Part shown: positions 1 through 7,246 of the stretch, piece by piece
Numbering within the stretch: position 1 is the stretch's first letter
Layout of the letters: every line of letters begins with the position of its first letter
Virus record (IMG/VR): IMGVR_UViG_3300028602_000008
Origin: an uncultured virus (IMG/VR IMGVR_UViG_3300028602_000008)
Lineage: Duplodnaviria > Heunggongvirae > Uroviricota > Caudoviricetes
Reading direction: 5' to 3' (one strand)
DNA: 23,456 nt
Position numbers and translations under genes: made by a program
The notes under the pieces: generated by a model
Told to the model about the DNA's origin: nothing
Databases searched by the model: none
Seen by the model: only the letters and a program-made list of their open reading frames with translations

Positions 1-225
1 TGTGGATTCCAGTTTTTTCATGGCTGCAGCCAGATTTACTGATATTGCAGGTGCTGATGTTTTAATGGTGGTTGTTTGCGTAGGCGCTGTCGTTTTGAAA
101 GTTAATGTTTTGGTAGTTGTTGGCGTGCTAACTGTTGACCTGGAGGAGCTGCTTGAAGGAAAAGCGGATTGTGCTATCGAGGATACCGCTCCAGATTTAA
201 AAGATAGCGTCTTAAAAGTTGCCAT
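1..225 (-). CDS. Ser/Thr-rich protein, N-terminal part only (runs off the window start)
   Basis: Read manually: ATG at 225, MATFKTLSFKSGAVSSIAQSAFPSSSSSRSTVSTPTTTKTLTFKTTAPTQTTTIKTSAPAISVNLAAAMKKLEST, open to base 1. It is preceded by AAGGAG and abuts the stop of the upstream small ORF (TAAATG). Confidence 0.7.
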   Translation of the reverse strand, partial: MATFKTLSFKSGAVSSIAQSAFPSSSSSRSTVSTPTTTKTLTFKTTAPTQTTTIKTSAPAISVNLAAAMKKLEST

Positions 226-327
226 TTATTTTTTCTCCTTTTTGAGCCTCAGTAAGGCGGCCTGTAGTTCCTTATCGATCTGATCCTTGGTTTTCCGAGC
301 GCGTTCCTGCAGAGATTTCTCATCCAT
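226..327 (-). CDS. small basic helical protein (33 aa)
   Basis: Read manually: MDEKSLQERARKTKDQIDKELQAALLRLKKEKK*. An SD-like GAAGTGA lies upstream and the stop directly abuts the next ATG. Confidence 0.55.
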   Translation of the reverse strand: MDEKSLQERARKTKDQIDKELQAALLRLKKEKK

Positions 328-467
328 TCGTGATCACTTCACTATTAAATATGCCTAAGATCTATAAATAGAAGCAGCCTATGTATGTAGTATGCAAATT
401 GTAGTTCCCTGTGGGCCGGTGGAAGTTGTCGTACTCCCGCTGTTGAGAGATTATGGAGGTGAACCGG
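328..467. promoter_or_regulatory. divergent promoter region with SD for the nuclease gene
   Basis: AT-rich gap between divergent genes. CTATAAATA at 362-370 reads TATTTATAG on the minus strand. The archaeal-type SD GGAGGTGA is at 455-462, 5 nt before ATG 468. Confidence 0.5.
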
Positions 468-1691
468 ATGCCAGAACTAGATACAACGGACCTGAGCTAC
501 CCAGTAAACGAGAGTGATATCCTCGCCATAGATAACAAGATAGATGCTTTGGCGAGACAATGGCTTGTCAGAGTACAAACCAACTTCTGGCAGTTCGATG
601 CAGCCGTTAGAACCAGGGTTACGTGGTTTAATGAGCAACATTACAATCCTCTGAGAGTTTACGAAGGTATTTTGCCTCATTATGCGGCTCTGTTAGCTGA
701 TTTGAACAACTTTAAGAAGTTTCTGGATGACAATAGTTTTCCATTAACAAGTTCGTACTATCAATACTATGAAGCATATGCTCTTTATTACGCAGGTTAT
801 GCTGACGTAGCAAAGCCCCCGGCATTGGTTCAGGAGGATTTGGATCGGGGTACTATCATAGGTATTTGTGAAAAGGTTGATGACGGGGATACTTTGTTTG
901 TTGGTGGGAAAGAAGTACGGATGGTGGGCATCAACAGCCAAGAGAAAGGAACATTTTCAGGTGGTGGCGCTGCGACTACCCGACTGAGGGAATTGGCCGA
1001 AGGTAAGATGGTAACGGTCTACTTTGATCCTTACACGCCCCTTGAGATGTACCGTAGAGTCCTGGGCGCAGTCTACCTGGGGGATGGAAGTCGCGAAGCG
1101 CTTTACCTGAGACCGGATTGGAAGAAATTGTTCTTGAATTATATAATGGTTGACGAATGCCTAGCAGAACCAACTGATAAGGGCAGGAACAATTTTGTTG
1201 ACCCGTATGAATTCAAAGCGGCCTGGGCGAAATGCAAGATAGCCGACACTCCGAACCTGGCCAGGCTCACTATTAAGAGCAATCCAACTCATGCCAGGAT
1301 TTACGTGGATGGTAAAGCAGTGCCCAAAGTTACACCCGACTGGGTAGACATGTCGCCTGGCACCCATCACATCGTAATTGCGGCAGATGGTTGCAGTGCC
1401 TGGCACGAGGATGTAGATGTAAACTACGGTGACAATAAGTTTTTCAGAAAGCTTCTGCCGTTACCGATAGCCGTCGGAGTCCTAAACATCTTTACAGACC
1501 CGGAAGATTGCGACATAATCATAAACGATATGCCGCAAGGTTTGGCACCCCTAATCGGAGTTCAGATGTTGGCAACAACACCTGTAGTTATCACAGCTTT
1601 GAAGGAAGGATTTGAACCAAAAACGGTTAGCGTATTGCCTTTAGCGGGTAGGTATATTGATATCAAGTTTGACCCGCTTGAAAAAGTTTAA
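468..1691 (+). CDS. thermonuclease (SNase-like) domain fused to two PEGA domains
   Basis: SNase motifs KVDDGDT, VRMVGINSQE, EMYRRVLG and LNYIMVDECLA. PEGA-like repeats LTIKSNPTHARIYVDGK...TP...PGTHHIVI and LNIFTDPEDCDIIIND...ALKEGFEP. The start was moved from 453 to 468 on the SD. Confidence 0.8.
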   Translation: MPELDTTDLSYPVNESDILAIDNKIDALARQWLVRVQTNFWQFDAAVRTRVTWFNEQHYNPLRVYEGILPHYAALLADLNNFKKFLDDNSFPLTSSYYQYYEAYALYYAGYADVAKPPALVQEDLDRGTIIGICEKVDDGDTLFVGGKEVRMVGINSQEKGTFSGGGAATTRLRELAEGKMVTVYFDPYTPLEMYRRVLGAVYLGDGSREALYLRPDWKKLFLNYIMVDECLAEPTDKGRNNFVDPYEFKAAWAKCKIADTPNLARLTIKSNPTHARIYVDGKAVPKVTPDWVDMSPGTHHIVIAADGCSAWHEDVDVNYGDNKFFRKLLPLPIAVGVLNIFTDPEDCDIIINDMPQGLAPLIGVQMLATTPVVITALKEGFEPKTVSVLPLAGRYIDIKFDPLEKV

Positions 1692-1701
1692 ATAGGTTAA
1701 A

Positions 1702-1902
1702 GACAACGTAGGAAGTGCATCTCACCTTTGCTGACGGGGTGAATGCAGTTGTCGGGAATCGCCAAAAATATCGCCTCAAAGCAACCGGCGTGTGTGGTGT
1801 TCCATGCGCCGGTATCATTACCATCATCATTTCTCCGAGAAACAGGCCTGTAATGGCGGCATCGAACAAATCGTATGATGGGGAGATGGAGAGGTTCTCT
1901 CC
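1702..1902 (+). ncRNA. candidate structured RNA or DNA element (series of hairpins)
   Basis: Stems seen: 1702-1707/1748-1753 enclosing 1716-1726/1738-1747; 1784-1794/1803-1813; 1821-1827/1875-1881; 1888-1893/1897-1902. G-U pairs favour the + strand. No family was recognised. Confidence 0.35.
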
Positions 1903-1911
1903 CTTTCATAG

Positions 1912-2304
1912 TTACAGTGACAAAGGCAAAATAGCTGCTTTACCATCTGATTTTATGATTTTTAGGATGCGGCCGATTTCAGTAAGATCTACCCCATCGC
2001 CATTCAAGATGAGTAGGATCCCTTTACCAAGAATGATGTCTTTTGAAATCGAATAGACTGTGATGGGATGGTTGCTACTCTCCGTTGTTGCAATGCTGGT
2101 TTCTATAAAACCCTCTTTAACCATATTGCTGAGATGCTTTTTGAACCGGTTGAGCTTTTTCAGTCGATCTTTGTTATCATCCTTTCCATCTTCACCACTC
2201 TCGATTCCGTAGATCTCACGTACAAGATCAGTAAGGGATTGACATCCCCTTAGATCTAAAAGTTCTATTGCCTTCAGGTCCTCCGGATTTATTTTCCAAA
2301 CCAT
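1912..2304 (-). CDS. winged helix-turn-helix DNA-binding protein
   Basis: Pattern DLKAIELLDLRGCQSLTDLVREIYG...RFKKHLSNMVKEGFIETS...PITVYSIS fits three helices plus a beta wing. GAGGA lies upstream of the ATG. Confidence 0.7.
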   Translation of the reverse strand: MVWKINPEDLKAIELLDLRGCQSLTDLVREIYGIESGEDGKDDNKDRLKKLNRFKKHLSNMVKEGFIETSIATTESSNHPITVYSISKDIILGKGILLILNGDGVDLTEIGRILKIIKSDGKAAILPLSL

Positions 2305-2313
2305 GGTATTTCC

Positions 2314-3144
2314 TCACGAAAACGTTGTTGGTAACGGGATAGCAGCCATTGCTTCCTCGATGGTCTGATACTCCCCTCGGTACAATCCGGCAGCCACTTT
2401 CATTTTGTATTTTTGAGCAGTACCGGCTAGCTGCGGGCTTGCGCCAATCTCATGGCAGAATTCTAACCAGGCATTAGCTTTTTTAGATTTTTTATCATCT
2501 GGTTTAGCCTTTACTACATCTCGTGTAAAACCAGCCGTCATGAAATTTTCATCTATGATGTTAACTGTTTCAGCAAGTAATCGCTCTAATTCACTTTCAC
2601 ATCCAGTTCGCCCCTGGCTGCACAGGGTTTGGGTATATGCACTATGTGTAAGTATCAAGTCTGCATCGTCAGTACATAGGCTACAGTCTACTGAATCTTT
2701 CTTTTCTTGCAGCATCAATTCATCCAATCTCTGCAGCTCTCCGTCTTTAATCATTTCTGCGCCGGTTAGATATATATCAACTTTTGCCAACGCTTGTTTT
2801 GTAAGTTGGGGATCGACATCTTGCACCTTTACATAACCTGAAACGCGGGTTGGCTCAAAAGATGGTTGTACAACAGATGGTCTCCATGGTTGTCTTTTGT
2901 AGTGCTCCAAATAAGCCTTAGACACGAAAAAGGCACACCCGCACATTTGGTCTTCCGGGGCTCGATTAGGGTCCGTGATCCTTGTAATAGAATCCTCACA
3001 GGGGCAGGTGGGGGCATGATGACAAGGACATTGGCCTTCGTTTTCGGCCAGGGTTTGCGCCCATTCCTCCGGGGTTGTTCTGGAGTGGATCTCGAAGCCA
3101 TGTTCGTTCGCGAATGCGATAAGTTCCTGAGCTTTATCGGGCAT
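2314..3144 (-). CDS. multidomain protein with N-terminal ferredoxin:thioredoxin reductase catalytic-subunit-like domain
   Basis: CPC (aa 39-41), CPC (47-49) and CGC-AFFV (68-74) follow an FANEHGFEI helix, matching the FTR CPC/CPC/CHC-xLF pattern. There is a central C154/C157/C175/C182 set and a basic helical C-terminus. Confidence 0.65.
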   Translation of the reverse strand: MPDKAQELIAFANEHGFEIHSRTTPEEWAQTLAENEGQCPCHHAPTCPCEDSITRITDPNRAPEDQMCGCAFFVSKAYLEHYKRQPWRPSVVQPSFEPTRVSGYVKVQDVDPQLTKQALAKVDIYLTGAEMIKDGELQRLDELMLQEKKDSVDCSLCTDDADLILTHSAYTQTLCSQGRTGCESELERLLAETVNIIDENFMTAGFTRDVVKAKPDDKKSKKANAWLEFCHEIGASPQLAGTAQKYKMKVAAGLYRGEYQTIEEAMAAIPLPTTFS

Positions 3145-3573
3145 TTAGATCCCTTGTTCCAGCCTAAGTATCTTGATGACCTTGGAGGTATTCTCTGATA
3201 GGACTTTGCCTTCGGCTTCTTGTTTTTCGGCCCACTTTATTAGTGCGGCTGAGTTGGCTGCATTGTGAGCGATGGCATAGTCAATCTCAGCCTTGATAAA
3301 GGCATCAGGATCTGGAGCGCTTTCGATTGCTATCAAGATGACTTCTTCTGCTGATTTTATATCTTTGATCGTGCGAGCCATGTTATCCATTTCAGTTCTG
3401 CACGCAGATTTTGCATCTGGATCTGGCAAAAATTCACATGCGGCGCGGGTGGAGTTCCATGCAGCCATGATATTGGGTAATAAGCAAGGCAAACATAGTT
3501 TATTATTTTCTTCCAAGGGAGCTTTTGCTTGATCTGCTGTACCAGGGGTTACGGGGGTTTTATTTTCATCCAT
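3145..3573 (-). CDS. hypothetical helical protein with CxxC...C...C motif
   Basis: 142-aa ORF with GAGGT upstream. Its stop abuts the next ATG. Cys at 27, 30, 46 and 58. Confidence 0.75.
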   Translation of the reverse strand: MDENKTPVTPGTADQAKAPLEENNKLCLPCLLPNIMAAWNSTRAACEFLPDPDAKSACRTEMDNMARTIKDIKSAEEVILIAIESAPDPDAFIKAEIDYAIAHNAANSAALIKWAEKQEAEGKVLSENTSKVIKILRLEQGI

Positions 3574-3585
3574 AGTATTAACCTC

Positions 3586-4020
3586 TCATCTCTTGATATA
3601 ATACTGTTTTCTCAAACTCGGTATGTCCATTGAATCTACGAGTCGTGCATTTCCTGTCATGATGGCATTTACCAATTTGACAAGCACCGAGTCTGGAAAA
3701 ACGACGACTTCTATCTCTCCTCGGGCCATAAGGTCCATCATTTCTGCTATGATTGATTCTTTTCGTACATTGTCTGGCAAATTAGGATCAGCCTCTCCTC
3801 TGCGAACCATGCGATCCGCGATTAGGTGGTAACGAGCTGACCAAGCGGCTTCGTAACTATTAGTTGCTGTCAGTACGTCAAATACTGTCTTGTCGTCATG
3901 AAATAGTCTACGATGGTTCGGGCCCTCGCCTGAGAGAATATCCATAACCTGGTGGACATCTGGAAATTTACGTCCTATCATAATATCATCGATATTGAAG
4001 TGTATTTCATGCTGAGGCAT
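3586..4020 (-). CDS. putative metal-binding hydrolase (His/Asp motifs, DUF6915-like pattern)
   Basis: HEIH, VHQVMD, HRRLFHD and YHLIAD occur in order. GGAGG lies upstream. The family resemblance is from memory only. Confidence 0.5.
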   Translation of the reverse strand: MPQHEIHFNIDDIMIGRKFPDVHQVMDILSGEGPNHRRLFHDDKTVFDVLTATNSYEAAWSARYHLIADRMVRRGEADPNLPDNVRKESIIAEMMDLMARGEIEVVVFPDSVLVKLVNAIMTGNARLVDSMDIPSLRKQYYIKR

Positions 4021-4243
4021 CAGAGTCCTCCGTAGATAACTCTTTCATAGTGGCTAACAAACTCTTAGTGGTAAAGGCAATGCAGAAGGTCACAAAAGCG
4101 TATTCTGAGTCTTTTTTCGATAGGCCGCAACTGTGTGCGAATAATGATGCTCGTTTTATCCGATCCATTTCTTCGACAGGAGCACCTCCCTTTAGAACTC
4201 TGGTTTGATGCGCTACTTGTTGGTGTTCCTTCCACATATGCAT
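4007..4243 (-). CDS. hypothetical protein (78 aa)
   Basis: Fills the gap between the divergent promoter and the leftward operon, overlapping the next gene by 14 nt. The start is uncertain. Confidence 0.5.
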   Translation of the reverse strand: MHMWKEHQQVAHQTRVLKGGAPVEEMDRIKRASLFAHSCGLSKKDSEYAFVTFCIAFTTKSLLATMKELSTEDSDASA

Positions 4244-4260
4244 ACAATCATGCGCATACC

Positions 4261-4283
4261 TTTATATAGATTTCCTATATAAG
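4261..4283. promoter_or_regulatory. overlapping divergent TATA boxes forming an inverted repeat
   Basis: TTATATAG (4262-4269), ATTTC, CTATATAA (4275-4282). The plus-strand TTTATATA ends 24 nt before ATG 4292, which is leaderless-type spacing. Confidence 0.6.
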
Positions 4284-4291
4284 TGACGGGT

Positions 4292-5470
4292 ATGAAAAGA
4301 ACAAATCCCGGCCGTCCACCCGCAGACGAAGTACATACCGAAGCTGCAAAACAGGTACTGGATGCCAATAAAATCGTCGGTAGTGACAAAACCGATGAAC
4401 TATTGAATCGAGCTAACGAAATGCTGGCAAACACCGCAAAGTCCACATTACTGGATGCAGCAAACCTTAGTGCAAAGAAAGCCGTGGTTCTGGCCAAGCG
4501 AGAATTAAGAGAGGCTCAGGAGGAAGAATCTGATGTTACCCCAAGGGGTGGGAATTTTAAGATAAACGGCATGTCTGCTGACGATATTCGCACCATGGCC
4601 GAAAGTCTGCCAGAAGCACAACGCGAATCTTTTATTAGACAGGCGCTGGGCATGCCGACTGGTGGAAATCCGATGTTAGGAGCATTTCTGCAAAATAAGA
4701 GTCAACCTCAGGCAGTTGCACCCATTGAACATTCTGGTCCGATGACCTTGAGTGAGGCTTTACAGTCCATGATGGGTCTCATGACAATGCAGATGACAGC
4801 CCAACAGGCCAGAGCGGAAGAATGGAGACAACAGCAGGAGTTTGAACGTCAAGCTCACGAACGTCGTTTGGAAGAGATTAGAGCAGCTCGGGGGGAGGTG
4901 CAGCAGCAGGGGCCAAGTCCAGAAGTGGAAGCTCTAAAATTGCAGATGGATTTTTACAAAGACACCATTAAGGAGCATCAGGCACTTATCAAGGAAATGG
5001 CTGCCAATAAGCCCACTGATGCTGTCGATCAGATGAGAAAAGAGAATTTCGAGCTGACTAAAAGCATCCTCGAAGGCCAGAAGGCTCAGATGGAAGAGAA
5101 AGTTCGCAGCATGGAGGCCAGGCTGGGCGATGCAAACCGCAATACAATGAACCTGGGTGAGCTTATCAAGGCAGCCAATGCCAATGGCGCAAATCTACAC
5201 CAGGGCGACTCCACGGACCTGCAGGTAGCAAATGACCATGAGTTTAAAATGAAACAGTTAGAGATACAAGAAAACAGAATAATCAACGAAACGAATGCTA
5301 GACAAGCAGAAGCAGCAGCCCGTCAAGCAGAGGCTGAGAGAACAGTTGAAACTGTGAAAACATTGGCTGCAACTTTAGGAACTGCGTTAGTGCAAAGTCG
5401 ACTGGCCCCGAAAAAAGATCTGGCGACATCCAATCCCCTCATTCAGAAGATTGCTGGGGCAGTGCAATGA
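4292..5470 (+). CDS. Gln/Glu/Met-rich coiled-coil protein
   Basis: 392 aa from ATG 4292 (the track start is GTG 4283). Long heptad-like helical runs and a mildly hydrophobic C-terminal helix. ATGA overlap with the next gene. Confidence 0.8.
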   Translation: MKRTNPGRPPADEVHTEAAKQVLDANKIVGSDKTDELLNRANEMLANTAKSTLLDAANLSAKKAVVLAKRELREAQEEESDVTPRGGNFKINGMSADDIRTMAESLPEAQRESFIRQALGMPTGGNPMLGAFLQNKSQPQAVAPIEHSGPMTLSEALQSMMGLMTMQMTAQQARAEEWRQQQEFERQAHERRLEEIRAARGEVQQQGPSPEVEALKLQMDFYKDTIKEHQALIKEMAANKPTDAVDQMRKENFELTKSILEGQKAQMEEKVRSMEARLGDANRNTMNLGELIKAANANGANLHQGDSTDLQVANDHEFKMKQLEIQENRIINETNARQAEAAARQAEAERTVETVKTLAATLGTALVQSRLAPKKDLATSNPLIQKIAGAVQ

Positions 5471-5826
5471 CCTTAGAACGATTGGATGCGATCTTGGAAA
5501 CATACAAGGTAATGGCAGATGACATTGCAGATGACAACACGGCAAAAGCGATGTTAAATCAATCTATGGTAGTTGGAATTGATGGGACCGTGGCAATAGT
5601 TACCCATTCCAATACATGGATTACGTCGCTTTCCTTTCTACAGTCTGCCATTAATGACATACCCGTAACAGCCAACCAGGAAATAGCATTAATGGTTTTA
5701 AAGGTCGCTAACGAGCTGTGGCCAACATTTATATCCGCTGCAGGCCAGAGTACTAAGAAGACAAATCATATCGCTGGAATTCTAACCAAGCTAATTCAGG
5801 AGATAAGAGATGCCCCTACCAGTTGA
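5467..5826 (+). CDS. hypothetical protein (119 aa)
   Basis: Coupled to the upstream gene by an ATGA overlap and overlaps the downstream gene. Confidence 0.7.
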   Translation: MTLERLDAILETYKVMADDIADDNTAKAMLNQSMVVGIDGTVAIVTHSNTWITSLSFLQSAINDIPVTANQEIALMVLKVANELWPTFISAAGQSTKKTNHIAGILTKLIQEIRDAPTS

Positions 5827-6736
5827 AAATATCATAGATGAGAAATACGGTGTTAATGGACCATTTCGGGTCTATCAGGTACCAGAAGGTCAAGGTTTAG
5901 AGGAACAGGCAAGGCCGGATTTCCGGCAGCCCATTAGTTTTGACGGAAACGATATGCCGCTGGTATATTTGCAGCTTACAAAGAATCCGTTGACTAACAA
6001 ATTTGTGCCGTATGCGGTATATTACGATGCCAGTCAATATACAGATGATCAGATTCTGTCAATACCAACTCTAGGGGAGCTGGGAACGAAATGTTCCTAT
6101 TGTCAAGCCAGAAACGATGCATCTAAGGCCTTGGGTATCCCGGACACACCAATCCAGAAGGGTGTTGAAGCCCTGCAGAACATGCAGAGACCAGTCCAGC
6201 AACCATCCCCCCAGAACACGGACTTGGTTCCCTATGGGGGCCAGGGTGATAACTGGTCGTCAGAGCCCATGGGTCAGTCCGAGAGGCAGCCCGATAGATA
6301 TATGGATGTCGGAAATATTATAACGCCTAAGTTTATTCCGGCAGCCATTGATGTTTTCTCTAAGGTCTTCTGTGAGCCATTCGGAGAAGCTATCCTGAAA
6401 ATTGGCATGGCCGGCTTGGCCAGCATAGCTGCAGGATGGGCGTCGGAGGGAGGCACCCAGGCCGCATGGCGCAAGATTTCTGAGGACATTGTTCGGGACT
6501 ACAAGGTTTGCCCAACTGATATTCCCAGGATCCAGCAGAATGTCATGGCCATGAAAGAGGCTCTGATGAAGGATAAAGCCAACATCCTGGGTGCGATGTC
6601 GGCAGGCACATTCAAGTCCTTTGGCCAGGTCGCTAAGGAACATGGTTTTGAAGTCTCCGGTCAGGCTAGCCTGTCTGGCAGAGCTTCGGTAGCCGTTACA
6701 CCTCTCAGGAGAGGCCCAGGAAGGGCCATTGATTGA
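5810..6736 (+). CDS. hypothetical protein with CxxC and an amphipathic Gly/Ala segment
   Basis: 308 aa with AGGAG upstream. Contains KCSYC, a Pro/Gln linker and the segment ILKIGMAGLASIAAGW. Confidence 0.75.
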   Translation: MPLPVENIIDEKYGVNGPFRVYQVPEGQGLEEQARPDFRQPISFDGNDMPLVYLQLTKNPLTNKFVPYAVYYDASQYTDDQILSIPTLGELGTKCSYCQARNDASKALGIPDTPIQKGVEALQNMQRPVQQPSPQNTDLVPYGGQGDNWSSEPMGQSERQPDRYMDVGNIITPKFIPAAIDVFSKVFCEPFGEAILKIGMAGLASIAAGWASEGGTQAAWRKISEDIVRDYKVCPTDIPRIQQNVMAMKEALMKDKANILGAMSAGTFKSFGQVAKEHGFEVSGQASLSGRASVAVTPLRRGPGRAID

Positions 6737-6737
6737 G

Positions 6738-6956
6738 ATGGGTGCTCCTGAATTACAAAAGGCTGTGAAGTTGCTTCGAGAGAAGCAGCTTTTCCCAGCT
6801 AAAATTCGAGATGCTCAGAGCCTGGTTGTTGCCAGTGGCCACAGAATAAATGAAATAGGTGTTGCGTTATACTATGCAGAAAAGGGAGATACCCGTAATG
6901 CGAGTTTAAATGCTGGTAAAGCAGCAGATGCAATTACTAGGCTGTTGGGCCAATAA
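6738..6956 (+). CDS. small helical hypothetical protein (72 aa)
   Basis: ATG 1 nt after the upstream TGA. Its TAA abuts the stop of the convergent RHH gene. Confidence 0.65.
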   Translation: MGAPELQKAVKLLREKQLFPAKIRDAQSLVVASGHRINEIGVALYYAEKGDTRNASLNAGKAADAITRLLGQ

Positions 6957-7121
6957 TTACTCGACTGCGGGTTTCTGTCTTGTTTTTTGGGATACTGGGT
7001 GTTCCAATTTCCATTTTGTTATTAAGTTGCGAACTACGGCGCTGGCTGTCGTTCCTTCCTGTCTGCATCTTATTATGAACTCGTCTTTATCAAATTCATC
7101 CATTTTTATTACCAATGACAT
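6957..7121 (-). CDS. ribbon-helix-helix (CopG/Arc/MetJ-like) regulator, 54 aa
   Basis: Not in the track; read manually: MSLVIKMDEFDKDEFIIRCRQEGTTASAVVRNLITKWKLEHPVSQKTRQKPAVE*. It shows a beta strand, helix A, a G-x-T-x-S turn and helix B (VVRxLI). Confidence 0.8.
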   Translation of the reverse strand: MSLVIKMDEFDKDEFIIRCRQEGTTASAVVRNLITKWKLEHPVSQKTRQKPAVE

Positions 7122-7246
7122 GGTATATACAGTGATATTTCAATACTTATAGTTGTCTATAAACTAACATTGTTATATTTCTATACATGCATATTTATAG
7201 GTGTTACTATGTAGATAAGTATCAATCAAATTGTAGAGGTATTGCA
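7122..7246. promoter_or_regulatory. divergent promoter/operator region between the RHH and capsid genes
   Basis: AT-rich. Inverted repeats TTATAG-TTGT-CTATAA (7147-7162) and TAACA-T-TGTTA (7165-7175). TTTATA at 7194-7199 and SD GAGGT at 7236-7240. Confidence 0.55.

Noticed and set aside
2..283. Plus-strand 93-aa Val-rich ORF in the track
   Set aside because: It is the antisense shadow of the two minus-strand genes, which have SD sites and abutting start/stop codons.
1731..1842. Possible hammerhead ribozyme (CTGACGG ... GAAAC)
   Set aside because: The core needs CUGANGA and the sequence is CUGACGG, inside a hairpin loop. The stems do not form the three-way junction.
1663..2056. ORFs 1697-1909 (-), 1663-1869 (-) and 1715-2056 (+)
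   Set aside because: No recognisable protein features. 1697-1909 starts 2 nt after the wHTH stop and cannot be excluded, but the dense base-pairing suggests a non-coding role.
4192..4251. Minus-strand MIVCICGRNTNK-TAG as an amber-readthrough zinc-finger gene
   Set aside because: Reading through the TAG adds only six codons before a TAA.
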